Shown here: one piece after another, positions 25,022-33,220 of the stretch
Numbering within the stretch: the first letter of the stretch is position 1
Layout of the letters: every line of letters begins with the position of its first letter
DNA from: an uncultured Candidatus Bathyarchaeia archaeon
GTDB taxonomy: Archaea > Thermoproteota > Bathyarchaeia > Bathyarchaeales > Bathyarchaeaceae
Length of the DNA stretch: 39,147 nt
Assembly: GCA_964347855.1 (NCBI GenBank)
Contig: CAYGAE010000003.1
Span: 1-39,147 of the forward strand
Reading direction: 5' to 3'
Notes under the pieces: generated by a model
The model's input: the letters and a program-made list of their open reading frames with translations, nothing else
Database searches by the model: none
Told to the model about the DNA's origin: nothing
Program-made: the position numbers and the translations under genes

Positions 25022-27160
25022 CTAGTCGCCTCTTTCCTTAACCCTTAAAGGATTTGGTCCAAGTTTCCTTATCTTTTCCACAAAATTCGTCATCATGGTC
25101 GCAAATTTCTGCCCTTCAGATGATGAAGCGAACTCTATTTCGAGGCGTTCCGGGTCTATGTGGAGGGTTTTCAGGGCCTTTTTCATTACGTCCACTCTGC
25201 TTTTTGCCTTCACGTTACCATCGATGTAATGGCAGTCGCCTATGAGGCATCCCGTTATGATAACTCCATCGGCACCATTCAGGAAAGCCTCCATGGCATG
25301 AAACACATCCACTCTTCCGCTGCATGGAACTCTTAGGATTCGAACATTCGGTGGATATTGGATCCTTGAGACCCCTGCGAGGTCAGCCGCCGCGTAAGAA
25401 CACCATTGACATGCAAAGCACAATACGATGGGTTCGAAGCTTTCGTTTGGACTCGTAAGCTTCTTCGGTTTTAGCAGCGCCTCAATTGCTGCCACAATCT
25501 GTTCATCCTTAAAGTGTATGAGTTGCATAGATCCCATTGGGCATTCTGCTGCGCACACACCGCAACCTTTACAGTTAGCTTCAATGATGTAGGGCTGTCC
25601 GAAGGGTGAAGCCGCAATAGCGTCAAAAATACATGAGACCACGCACGCATCGCAACCGACGCATATCTCCATGTCAACCGAAGCTTTTACAGCGTTAGTC
25701 TTTATTTTTCTGGCGGCCATTGGAATGCCTGCTCTGGAGGCTGCAGCATAAGCTTGAGCGATGCTTTCAGTGACGTCTTTTGGTCCGTGGGCAGTGCCGC
25801 AGACATATATCCCCTCTGATGCAAAGTCAACTGGTCTTAGTTTTGGATGAGCCTCCATAAAGAAGCCGTCGGAACCTACAGGAACCTTTAGTGTGGAAGA
25901 GAGTTTTCTCCCACCCTCGTGCTGAATCAGAGGTGTTGATAAGACGACCAAGTCGCTGTCCATCTCAATTTCAGCGTCTAAATACGCGTCGTAAACTGTG
26001 ACGGCTAACTTTCCATCAGCTTTTGAGGTTACTTGTGGAGGTTTGTCCTGCTCATAACGTATGAAGTTGATGAAGTTCTCCCTTGCTTCAAGATAAGAAT
26101 CTTCGTATTCAGCGTAAGTTTGCAGGTCTCTGAAAAGGATGCTGATTTCCACATTTGGATACAATTTTTTGAGTAGCATAGCATTGTTGAGGGCTACCAT
26201 GCAACATATTCTTGAACAGTATGTTCTGCCAGTTTTTTCTCTAGCTCCCACACATTGGATCATAACAACTCTTTTAGGTTTCTCGAGTTCGCCTTTTTTG
26301 AGAAGCTGCTCAAGTTCGAGCTGTGTTACAACGTTTTCATTTTCCTTGTACTCGTACATTCCCACCGGCTTGAACTCATTGGCTCCGGTGGCCACTATTA
26401 TTGTTCCTACATTAATTTGTTCAGGTTCATTGGAATCCTTCTTTTGAAGCATCACGTCAAAGCTTCCAATGAACCCTTTTGCTTCTTGAACGAGGGTTGA
26501 CAGGTGAAGATGTATGTTGCTGTTCGCCTTCACGGCTGTGACCAACTCTTGAAGAACTTCTGAAGCGTCACGTTCGGTGGGCTGCAGCTTGTGTAGATGT
26601 CTCAGCATTCCGCCTAGCTCTGCTTCTTTCTCAACCAGGTGAACATTGAAGCCTTGTCTTGCAATGGACATGGCCGCAGCCATTCCAGCGATTCCGCCGC
26701 CTATCACCATTGCTGAAGGTTTTATCTCGAGTTCTGGCTCTGTTTGAGGTTCAAGGTGGCTTGCTTTGGCGACAGCCATTCTAATGAGGTCTTTGGCTTT
26801 CTCTGTGGCCTCTTCTGGACGGTGCATGTGAACCCATGAGGAATGCTCTCGGATGTTTACCATTTCAAAAAGGTACTTGTTTAATCCTGCTTCTTCGCAT
26901 GCCTTTCTGAAGACCGGTTCATGGGTCGCGGGTGTGCAGGATGCACCCACGACCCGGTTGAGGTTACACTTCTTTATGCGTTCTTTGATCAGACTTAATC
27001 CTGCGGATGAGCACAAGTAAAGGTTTTCCTCGGCGCAGACAACATTAGGCAGAGTTTTGGCATACTCCACAACCTTTGGAACCTCAATCACTCCGCCTAT
27101 GTTGAAGCCGCAGTGACAGACGAAAACCCCAATCCTCAACTCTTCCTTGGCTGGTTCCAT
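25022..27160 (-). CDS. hdrA: HdrA-like (insert-less) flavoprotein fused to MvhD (QmoB-like architecture)
   Basis: 713 aa from ATG 27160: MEPAKEELRIGVFVCHCGFNIGG, VIGGGIAGMAAAMSIARQG, IQCVGAREK, CSRICC, C-terminal ferredoxin (CVGCDACVVSC, CKGCGVCAAECP), and an HFKDEQIVAAI tail. The MvhD domain follows (LCFACQWCSYAAADLAG...ILRVPCSGRVD...GCLIGDCHY). Colinear with residues ~448-1006 of the 1006-aa protein plus the stand-alone MvhD. Confidence 0.88.
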   Translation of the reverse strand: MEPAKEELRIGVFVCHCGFNIGGVIEVPKVVEYAKTLPNVVCAEENLYLCSSAGLSLIKERIKKCNLNRVVGASCTPATHEPVFRKACEEAGLNKYLFEMVNIREHSSWVHMHRPEEATEKAKDLIRMAVAKASHLEPQTEPELEIKPSAMVIGGGIAGMAAAMSIARQGFNVHLVEKEAELGGMLRHLHKLQPTERDASEVLQELVTAVKANSNIHLHLSTLVQEAKGFIGSFDVMLQKKDSNEPEQINVGTIIVATGANEFKPVGMYEYKENENVVTQLELEQLLKKGELEKPKRVVMIQCVGAREKTGRTYCSRICCMVALNNAMLLKKLYPNVEISILFRDLQTYAEYEDSYLEARENFINFIRYEQDKPPQVTSKADGKLAVTVYDAYLDAEIEMDSDLVVLSTPLIQHEGGRKLSSTLKVPVGSDGFFMEAHPKLRPVDFASEGIYVCGTAHGPKDVTESIAQAYAAASRAGIPMAARKIKTNAVKASVDMEICVGCDACVVSCIFDAIAASPFGQPYIIEANCKGCGVCAAECPMGSMQLIHFKDEQIVAAIEALLKPKKLTSPNESFEPIVLCFACQWCSYAAADLAGVSRIQYPPNVRILRVPCSGRVDVFHAMEAFLNGADGVIITGCLIGDCHYIDGNVKAKSRVDVMKKALKTLHIDPERLEIEFASSSEGQKFATMMTNFVEKIRKLGPNPLRVKERGD

Positions 27161-27164
27161 TTGG

Positions 27165-28478
27165 CTATCCCCACACAAGGGTAGAACAGGCCACCTCTGC
27201 AGCTTTGGCTGCGGCCGCACTGGCTTGCGTAACGGATTCAGAAATATCCTTGGGCGCTTGACAATATCCACAAACAAAGACTCCTTCCACTTTTGTCTCA
27301 ACAGACATAAGCAATGGGTCTTTGGTTTTGAAGAAACCATATTCATTCAATTCTAAACCAAGAATTTTTCCCAAAACCTCATTGTCATCTCTCGGAACTA
27401 GAGCCGGACAAAGCACAACCAAATCTGCACGCAATTCTTCCATTTTCCCTTTTGTGATATCTTCGTATCGAACAAAAAGATCCTTTGTCGCTGGATCTTC
27501 TATGACTGCAGAGACGCGTCCATTAACGTATTTGACACCCCATTGGTCTCTGGCTCTAGTGACGAACTCTTGGAACCGTTTCCCAAACACTCTTAAATCA
27601 ATATACAAAATGTAAACTTCACATTGAGGTTCGTGCTCTCGGACTAAGATCGCCTCTTTTGTGGCGTACATGCAACAGACGCTGGAGCAGTATGGGAACC
27701 CCTTCTGTTGAGTTCTTGAGCCAACGCATTGGGCAAAAACTATCTTGCGAGGATGTTTATTATCTGAAGGCCTCAAAAGTTCTCCACGAGTCGGCCCAGA
27801 AGCGTTAATGAGCCTTTCAAATTCCAGCGATAAAAGAACATTCTTGTATCGTTTATAACCGTACTCACTTATCGACATCGGATCGTAAAGTTCTAAGCCT
27901 GTAGCCAATATTATACTTGAAACACTAAACGTCATTCTCTTGGGTTTTTGATCGAAGTTGATTGCGTGGGCCTGACAAAATTTTTCGCACACTCGACATA
28001 CTCCTTTCTGAAAGAAGAGGCAATTGTCCTTGTCTATTATGGCTATACGGGGCACTGCCTGTGGAAAAGGCATGTAGACGGCTTTCCGCATTCCCACGCC
28101 CATATCGAATTCGCTTGGCACCTTAACTGGGCATTTTTCTGAGCACGCACCGCAACCAGTACATTTGTCAGCGTCAATAAACCTTGGGTTTTTCAAAACC
28201 TCAACCTTGAAGTTTCCAGCAGAGCCCCTAACTTCCTTAACTTCTGAGCATGTGAGCAGCTTGATGTTTGGGTGACGGAAGCACTCAATCATTTTTGGCG
28301 CGAGTATGCATATAGAACAATCCATTGTTGGGAATGTCTTATCAAGCTGAGCCATTCGCCCCCCGATGCCTGGGGATTTCTCGACGAGATATACTTTGAG
28401 CCCTCTGTCAGCGAGGTCCAAAGACGCTTGTATTCCAGCTATGCCTCCGCCAACTACAAGTACAGCATTGTTGCCCAA
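27165..28478 (-). CDS. hdrA: HdrA-like FAD + inserted-ferredoxin module only (QmoA-like size)
   Basis: 437 aa: VVGGGIAGIQASLDLADRG, QLDKTFPTMDC, CTGCGACSEKCP, CLFFQKGVCRVCEKFC, FAQCVGSR, CSSVCC. Colinear with residues 1-~430 of the 1006-aa protein. Its stop is 4 nt before the next ATG. Confidence 0.88.
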   Translation of the reverse strand: MGNNAVLVVGGGIAGIQASLDLADRGLKVYLVEKSPGIGGRMAQLDKTFPTMDCSICILAPKMIECFRHPNIKLLTCSEVKEVRGSAGNFKVEVLKNPRFIDADKCTGCGACSEKCPVKVPSEFDMGVGMRKAVYMPFPQAVPRIAIIDKDNCLFFQKGVCRVCEKFCQAHAINFDQKPKRMTFSVSSIILATGLELYDPMSISEYGYKRYKNVLLSLEFERLINASGPTRGELLRPSDNKHPRKIVFAQCVGSRTQQKGFPYCSSVCCMYATKEAILVREHEPQCEVYILYIDLRVFGKRFQEFVTRARDQWGVKYVNGRVSAVIEDPATKDLFVRYEDITKGKMEELRADLVVLCPALVPRDDNEVLGKILGLELNEYGFFKTKDPLLMSVETKVEGVFVCGYCQAPKDISESVTQASAAAAKAAEVACSTLVWG

Positions 28479-28627
28479 GTCGATTCCTCAAATGTTTGCA
28501 TACATGCTGGCGCAAATCAGTTCCCATGTGGATAGGAGACCCGTGTCTCATCTCCTTTGAAGGAGAGTAGTTCACTTCCTAACTTGAAACTTAAACCTTT
28601 CTCTCAACCCTTCACAAACGTAGGGAA

Positions 28628-29572
28628 TCATGCTTTGTAGTAGTATGGCCTTTTAATGTAGCCGAACGCTTCACTAGCCGCAATTATGGCCTGGCCAACA
28701 GCCGTTCCAACTTGCTTCACAGGACCGTTAGTTACATCGCCAGCAGCGAAAACTCCGCCAACGCTTGTTCTCTGGCGGTTATCCACGATAATGTAGCCAG
28801 CCTTATCCACTTCTATTCCCGCTTCTTTGGCGATCTGGCTGTTTGGCGCCTCACTGATTTGAACGAATACACCGTCAACCTTCATCTCTCTGGTTTCGCC
28901 TGTTCTGTTGTTTACTAAGACGACGCCTTTTACTTTGGTGTCTCCCTTTACTTCTTTGAGCTCTGTGTTCCACATAATTTCCACCCCTTGTGCAACCAGG
29001 TCCTTCACAAGGGCCTCTTCTGCCCTGAGTTGGTCCTTCCGGTGAGCCAGCTTGACCTTGGAAGCTATATTTGCGAGGTATCTAGCAGAAATTACTGCCG
29101 AATTGCCACCGCCCACCACTAGTACGTTTCCTTCTTTGAAGAAGGCTCCGTCGCATAATGCGCAGTAACTGACTCCCTTTCCTCGAAATTCGGTCTCACC
29201 TGGCACTTCAAGAGTTCCATAGTGGCTTCCGGAGGCAATGATTACTGCTGAGGCTTTGCGAACTGCTCTATTCGTCTTAAGAGTTTTCTTTTCACCTCTA
29301 AGATCCAGTTCAACAACCTTTTCTAATTCATGAATCGTCGCCCCAGCGTTTCTACATTGTTTCGCCATTTTGTCAGCTAAGTTATGGCCACTAATTGCTT
29401 CAAAGCCGGGGTAATTTTCGACCAACGGAGTGTCAACGATTGCCCCACCAACCACTTTCTCGTCCAGAACTAGGGTTTTGAGTCCACTGCGAGCACCGTA
29501 CAAGCCTGCGGTTAAACCTGCTGGACCTGCGCCTATAACGACCAAATCCCACTGTTCCACTTTTGTCACCAT
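28628..29572 (-). CDS. Thioredoxin-reductase-like (low-Mr TrxB family) flavoprotein
   Basis: 314 aa: DLVVIGAGPAGLTAGLYGARSG, redox CxxC (SYCALCDGAFF), VVGGGNSAV, HRKDQLRA (NADPH-type motif), GVFAAGDV. Confidence 0.85.
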   Translation of the reverse strand: MVTKVEQWDLVVIGAGPAGLTAGLYGARSGLKTLVLDEKVVGGAIVDTPLVENYPGFEAISGHNLADKMAKQCRNAGATIHELEKVVELDLRGEKKTLKTNRAVRKASAVIIASGSHYGTLEVPGETEFRGKGVSYCALCDGAFFKEGNVLVVGGGNSAVISARYLANIASKVKLAHRKDQLRAEEALVKDLVAQGVEIMWNTELKEVKGDTKVKGVVLVNNRTGETREMKVDGVFVQISEAPNSQIAKEAGIEVDKAGYIIVDNRQRTSVGGVFAAGDVTNGPVKQVGTAVGQAIIAASEAFGYIKRPYYYKA

Positions 29573-29596
29573 ACCGCACGAAAATTCTAGTAACGA

Positions 29597-31978
29597 TTAA
29601 TCTTCCACTTCCGCTTTCTGTTGAAGCTTTTCTTTGATGCTTTCTCGAATATCCCTTGAGATAGCGCCCATTCTTGAAATTCTTTCGTTGAACATTTCGA
29701 ACGTGTTGGTCACTTTGCCGTATTCGGGAAGCGTCGTAGAGAAGGACATTAGTCGGAGGGGTTTGACGCCATACGCCCCCAGCTCCTTCTTCATCTGGAT
29801 AACATGTTCCCTCAAGGCTTCCTCCGTGAAGACACCACCATGGGCCTCCAGTAGAACAACGCCATCAGCCCCAGAGGCGAAGGCATGCAACACATGTTTC
29901 AAACCGATTCGTCCTGTCGTGGGGACGCTGACTATTTCGACGTTGGGAGAATAAGATACTCGCGACTGCCCAGCCAAATCCGCAGCGCCGTAGGCTATCT
30001 CCTTTTCTAGGAAGGCGATGATCTTTGGTGATTTGCCGCCTTGGCTCACTGCTTCAATTTGAGCCATCAACTGGGCTTCGGTTGAATTCCGTAGGTCAAT
30101 CGCTTCTCTGGGACACCTTGGCACACAGATGCCACATCCAATACACACCATCGGGTTGATCGTCATACCAGTCGGCGATTCCTCCACCGCTGCCACGGGG
30201 CACACTTCAACGCAGACCCTGGACTTGTCACATCTATCTGGATCGATGTAAGCCACTTCTGGCGAAACGGAGATTTCGCCTTTACCAAGGAAGGTGGCGA
30301 CTCTGGAAGCGGTTGACATGGCTTCCAAGGTCGTTTCTCTGACATCTTTGGGACTCAAGGCGCAGCCAGCAACGAAAACCCCCTCTCGCTGACTATCCAC
30401 CGGCTTGAGTTTGTAATGCCTTTCCAAAAGAAAACCGTCCGAACCAGTCTGAATACCCAACTTCTTAGCCAGTTCTGGAGTGTCTGGTTTGGATATTATT
30501 CCAGTAGTGAGCACAACCAGGTCAAATTTTCCTTCCACTTTAGTACCGAGAAGAGTGTCTTCTGCCTTCACCAGTATTTCATCGTTTTTCAATGGCACAA
30601 CCTCCGCCACGCGGCCCCTGACAAATCGCACGTTGTGATCTTGGGCGGTGAGATAGAATTCTTCGTACCCTTTTCCATCAGCCCTTATATCGGTGTAGAA
30701 GATCCATGGCTCGGCGTCAGGAACGATCTTTTGGAGTAACATAGCCTGCTTAATCGCAGCCATACAGCCTATCTTACAGCAATGCTTTACTCCTGGTTCC
30801 TTGTTCATCATTCGGCTGCCCACGCAGAGTATGAAGGCTACTCGCTTAGCCACTTTTTCATTAGAGGGCTTGCGCATCTCACGACCTAAGAGTCTCTCCA
30901 ATTGCAGGTTCGTTACAATGTCTGGGTGTAGACCGAAGGCATACTCTTCAAAGGATGTGGGGTCAACTTGCTCAAATCCAGTGCAAGCAACGATTGCGCC
31001 CACGTCGAGCTCAATAGTTTCTTCCTTCTGATCGAAATCAATGGCGTTACCTTTACAGAATTTCTCGCAAACCCTGCAAACTCCCTTAGTGAAGAATAAG
31101 CAGTTGTCTTTATCGATCAGGTATGTTCTCGGAACTGCCTGCTGAAAGGGTATGTGAATGGCTTTTCGCTTGTATAAGCTAGCTTCGAATTCGCTTGGCA
31201 CCTTGGCAGGGCAAACCTTCTCACACTCGCCACAGCTTATACATTTTGAGGCGTCCACAAATCGTGGGTGCTGCTTAACTAAGACTCTATAGTTGCCAGG
31301 AGACCCCTCGACGGCAACGGGCTCTGCCATGCTAATGATCTTTATGTGTGGGTGTTGACCAGCATCCACCATTCTCGGCGTCAGGATGCACTGGGAGCAG
31401 TCAAGGGTGGGAAAGGTTTTACTAAGCTGGGCCATATGTCCGCCTATGCTTGGACCCTTCTCCACTAAGTATACCAGATGACCTTTGTCCGCCAACTCAA
31501 GGGAAGCCATGATACCGGAGACCCCGCCCCCAATCACAAGGACATCCCTATTCACTGGTAGGCTCTTCGTCTCCAGCGGCTCGAGATAGTGAGCCCGAGC
31601 CACCATGCCGCGAATAAGATCTGTTGCCTTGGATGTTGCAGCCTCTACGTCGTCGTGCGCCCAGCTGACCTGTTCTCTGATGTTGGCCATGTCTAGAAAG
31701 TAGGGGTTCAAGCCGGCCGATTTCACAGTTCGCCTGAAGGTGTCTAGGTGCATGCGGGGTGAACATGAAGCCACTATTATTCTGTTAAGACCATGCTCCT
31801 TGATTCCATGGGTTATCATCTCTTGTCCCGGGTCGCTGCACACGTATTCGTAGGTTTCAGCAATCTTCACTCCTTGGAGTTTCATGACTTCTTCTTTGAC
31901 TTTCTCTACGTCCACGGTGTCGCTTATGTTTCCCCCGCAGTGGCAGATGTATACGCCTATCTTGATTTCTTCTGACAT
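29597..31978 (-). CDS. hdrA: HdrA-like flavoprotein with a C-terminal MvhD-homologous domain that lacks all cluster cysteines
   Basis: MSEEIKIGVYICHCGGNISD, VIGGGVSGIMASLELADKG, QLSKTFPTLDC, CISCGECEKVCP, CLFFTKGVCRVCEKFC, ILCVGSR, C-terminal ferredoxin (CDKSRVCVEVCP, CIGCGICVPRCP). The tail then reads IIAFLEKEIAYGAADLAGQSRVSYSPNVEIVSVPTTGRIG...GADGVVLLEAHGGVF. Start chosen at ATG 31978 (GGAGA upstream); the ORF track extends to 32038. Confidence 0.85.
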   Translation of the reverse strand: MSEEIKIGVYICHCGGNISDTVDVEKVKEEVMKLQGVKIAETYEYVCSDPGQEMITHGIKEHGLNRIIVASCSPRMHLDTFRRTVKSAGLNPYFLDMANIREQVSWAHDDVEAATSKATDLIRGMVARAHYLEPLETKSLPVNRDVLVIGGGVSGIMASLELADKGHLVYLVEKGPSIGGHMAQLSKTFPTLDCSQCILTPRMVDAGQHPHIKIISMAEPVAVEGSPGNYRVLVKQHPRFVDASKCISCGECEKVCPAKVPSEFEASLYKRKAIHIPFQQAVPRTYLIDKDNCLFFTKGVCRVCEKFCKGNAIDFDQKEETIELDVGAIVACTGFEQVDPTSFEEYAFGLHPDIVTNLQLERLLGREMRKPSNEKVAKRVAFILCVGSRMMNKEPGVKHCCKIGCMAAIKQAMLLQKIVPDAEPWIFYTDIRADGKGYEEFYLTAQDHNVRFVRGRVAEVVPLKNDEILVKAEDTLLGTKVEGKFDLVVLTTGIISKPDTPELAKKLGIQTGSDGFLLERHYKLKPVDSQREGVFVAGCALSPKDVRETTLEAMSTASRVATFLGKGEISVSPEVAYIDPDRCDKSRVCVEVCPVAAVEESPTGMTINPMVCIGCGICVPRCPREAIDLRNSTEAQLMAQIEAVSQGGKSPKIIAFLEKEIAYGAADLAGQSRVSYSPNVEIVSVPTTGRIGLKHVLHAFASGADGVVLLEAHGGVFTEEALREHVIQMKKELGAYGVKPLRLMSFSTTLPEYGKVTNTFEMFNERISRMGAISRDIRESIKEKLQQKAEVED

Positions 31979-32201
31979 CTTTATGTCTCCGGTTGTGATG
32001 GTCTCGAAGTGGCTTTTAGAATTAAGCATAATCACCATTTAAACTCTTAAACATCTCGCTTAAAACCTCTAGATGTCAAAGCAGACAATCTTGACCAAGT
32101 AGAATCGTTCTCTCATGTCTTACTTTTAGCACAAGAGCCAAAAGCGCGCAGATTCTCCCAGGCTTTGGTTTTTTCACTTTATTGGCAATCTCTTGATAAG
32201 G

Positions 32202-32209
32202 TTTATAAT
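32202..32209 (+). promoter_or_regulatory. Candidate TATA box for the polyferredoxin-hdrA operon
   Basis: tttataat lies ~73 nt upstream of ATG 32282 in the divergent intergenic region. Pattern only. Confidence 0.3.
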
Positions 32210-32281
32210 TATCCGCATCGCCTAATTACTTTCCAAACATAGCCTAACGTGCACCTTTCCACAAACGGAGGAAACACCGAA

Positions 32282-33220
32282 ATGCCCATGAAACTGCTCA
32301 AAACACAAAACGAGGACGAACTGAGGATTGAAAGGATTCTCCATGCAAAAAGGCACTCCTTGACTTTGGACAAGAATAGGTGCCCGGGCTGTGAAATCTG
32401 CATGCTAATCTGTCCAAAAGAAGCAATCGAAGTAGAAAAACTGCGGAAAAAAGATGGAGAAAAAAGTAAGCCCCCAAGCATGAACGTCGATGAGGAAAAG
32501 TGCCATTTTTGTGGTATGTGCAGTTCCATTTGCCCCTTCGGAGCTTTAGACATGAAGATTGACGGTGAAACCGTGATTCCCGTGGTTCAGAGTGAGAGCT
32601 TTCCTCAGCTTATCCGCGAGATTACAGTCAACTCAACAAAGTGTAACCTAGAATGCGTTGATTACGAAGACGCATGCCCCTTGGGACTGATAAAGGTCAG
32701 GGCGCAGATTCCGGACGCGAAAGTAGTCAAAAACGCAGAGTCAATCGCAGAAAAGGAAGACCTCCAAGTTTCTCTCGATATAGAGAAGGATTCGTGCCCG
32801 TGCTGTCGCGTATGCGAACTGAAGTTCCCAGAAGGAGCCATCCGAGTGCAAAAGATATTCAACGGCACAATAACGATAAACCCTGAAAAATGTCCCGAGG
32901 ACTGTCAGGATTGCCTTGACGTCTGCCCCATAACCGGCGCCCTATACCTCTCAGAAGACGGAAAGGTCCACGTTAACGAGTTACATTGCGTCTATTGCGG
33001 GGTATGCAAAATCGTTTGCCCCGAGGAAGGTGCCTTGAAGCTTCACAGAACTCACATACGCCACACTCCCCTCCGCTCAGGAGCCTGGAACAAAGCTCTC
33101 GAAAAACTAACCTCACCCAAGGAGATGACAAAAGAATTACGAACAAAGAGTTCACAAAGGCTTCGGGAATCTGTGGCAAAGAGGCTGCTGCCAAAGGCAG
33201 GAGGTGAAGGGGATGCCTGA
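32282..33220 (+). CDS. Polyferredoxin-like protein (up to six [4Fe-4S] motifs)
   Basis: CPGCEICMLICP, CHFCGMCSSICP, CNLECVDYEDACP, CPCCRVCELKFP, CPEDCQDCLDVCP, CVYCGVCKIVCP. GGAGG lies 10 nt upstream of ATG 32282. The stop overlaps the next hdrA start by 8 nt. Confidence 0.85.
   Translation: MPMKLLKTQNEDELRIERILHAKRHSLTLDKNRCPGCEICMLICPKEAIEVEKLRKKDGEKSKPPSMNVDEEKCHFCGMCSSICPFGALDMKIDGETVIPVVQSESFPQLIREITVNSTKCNLECVDYEDACPLGLIKVRAQIPDAKVVKNAESIAEKEDLQVSLDIEKDSCPCCRVCELKFPEGAIRVQKIFNGTITINPEKCPEDCQDCLDVCPITGALYLSEDGKVHVNELHCVYCGVCKIVCPEEGALKLHRTHIRHTPLRSGAWNKALEKLTSPKEMTKELRTKSSQRLRESVAKRLLPKAGGEGDA

Noticed and set aside
27161-27346. The ORF track extends the HdrA::MvhD gene to 27346 (774 aa), overlapping the upstream hdrA-N gene by 182 nt.
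   Set aside because: The extra 62 aa (MNMVSSKPKTHCLCLLRQKW...) have no HdrA similarity. The conserved HdrA N-terminus (EELRIGVFVCHCG) begins right after the ATG at 27160, which lies 4 nt after the upstream stop, so the short form is used.
31979-32038. Upstream ATG (32038) for the Cys-less-MvhD HdrA, and similar far-upstream GTG/TTG starts at 12201, 16513, 21329, 32249 and 33204.
   Set aside because: In each case a downstream ATG is preceded at 6-10 nt by a GGAGG-like motif and coincides with the start of homology to the paralogs. The upstream extensions add non-conserved residues or overlap the preceding gene. They remain possible alternatives.
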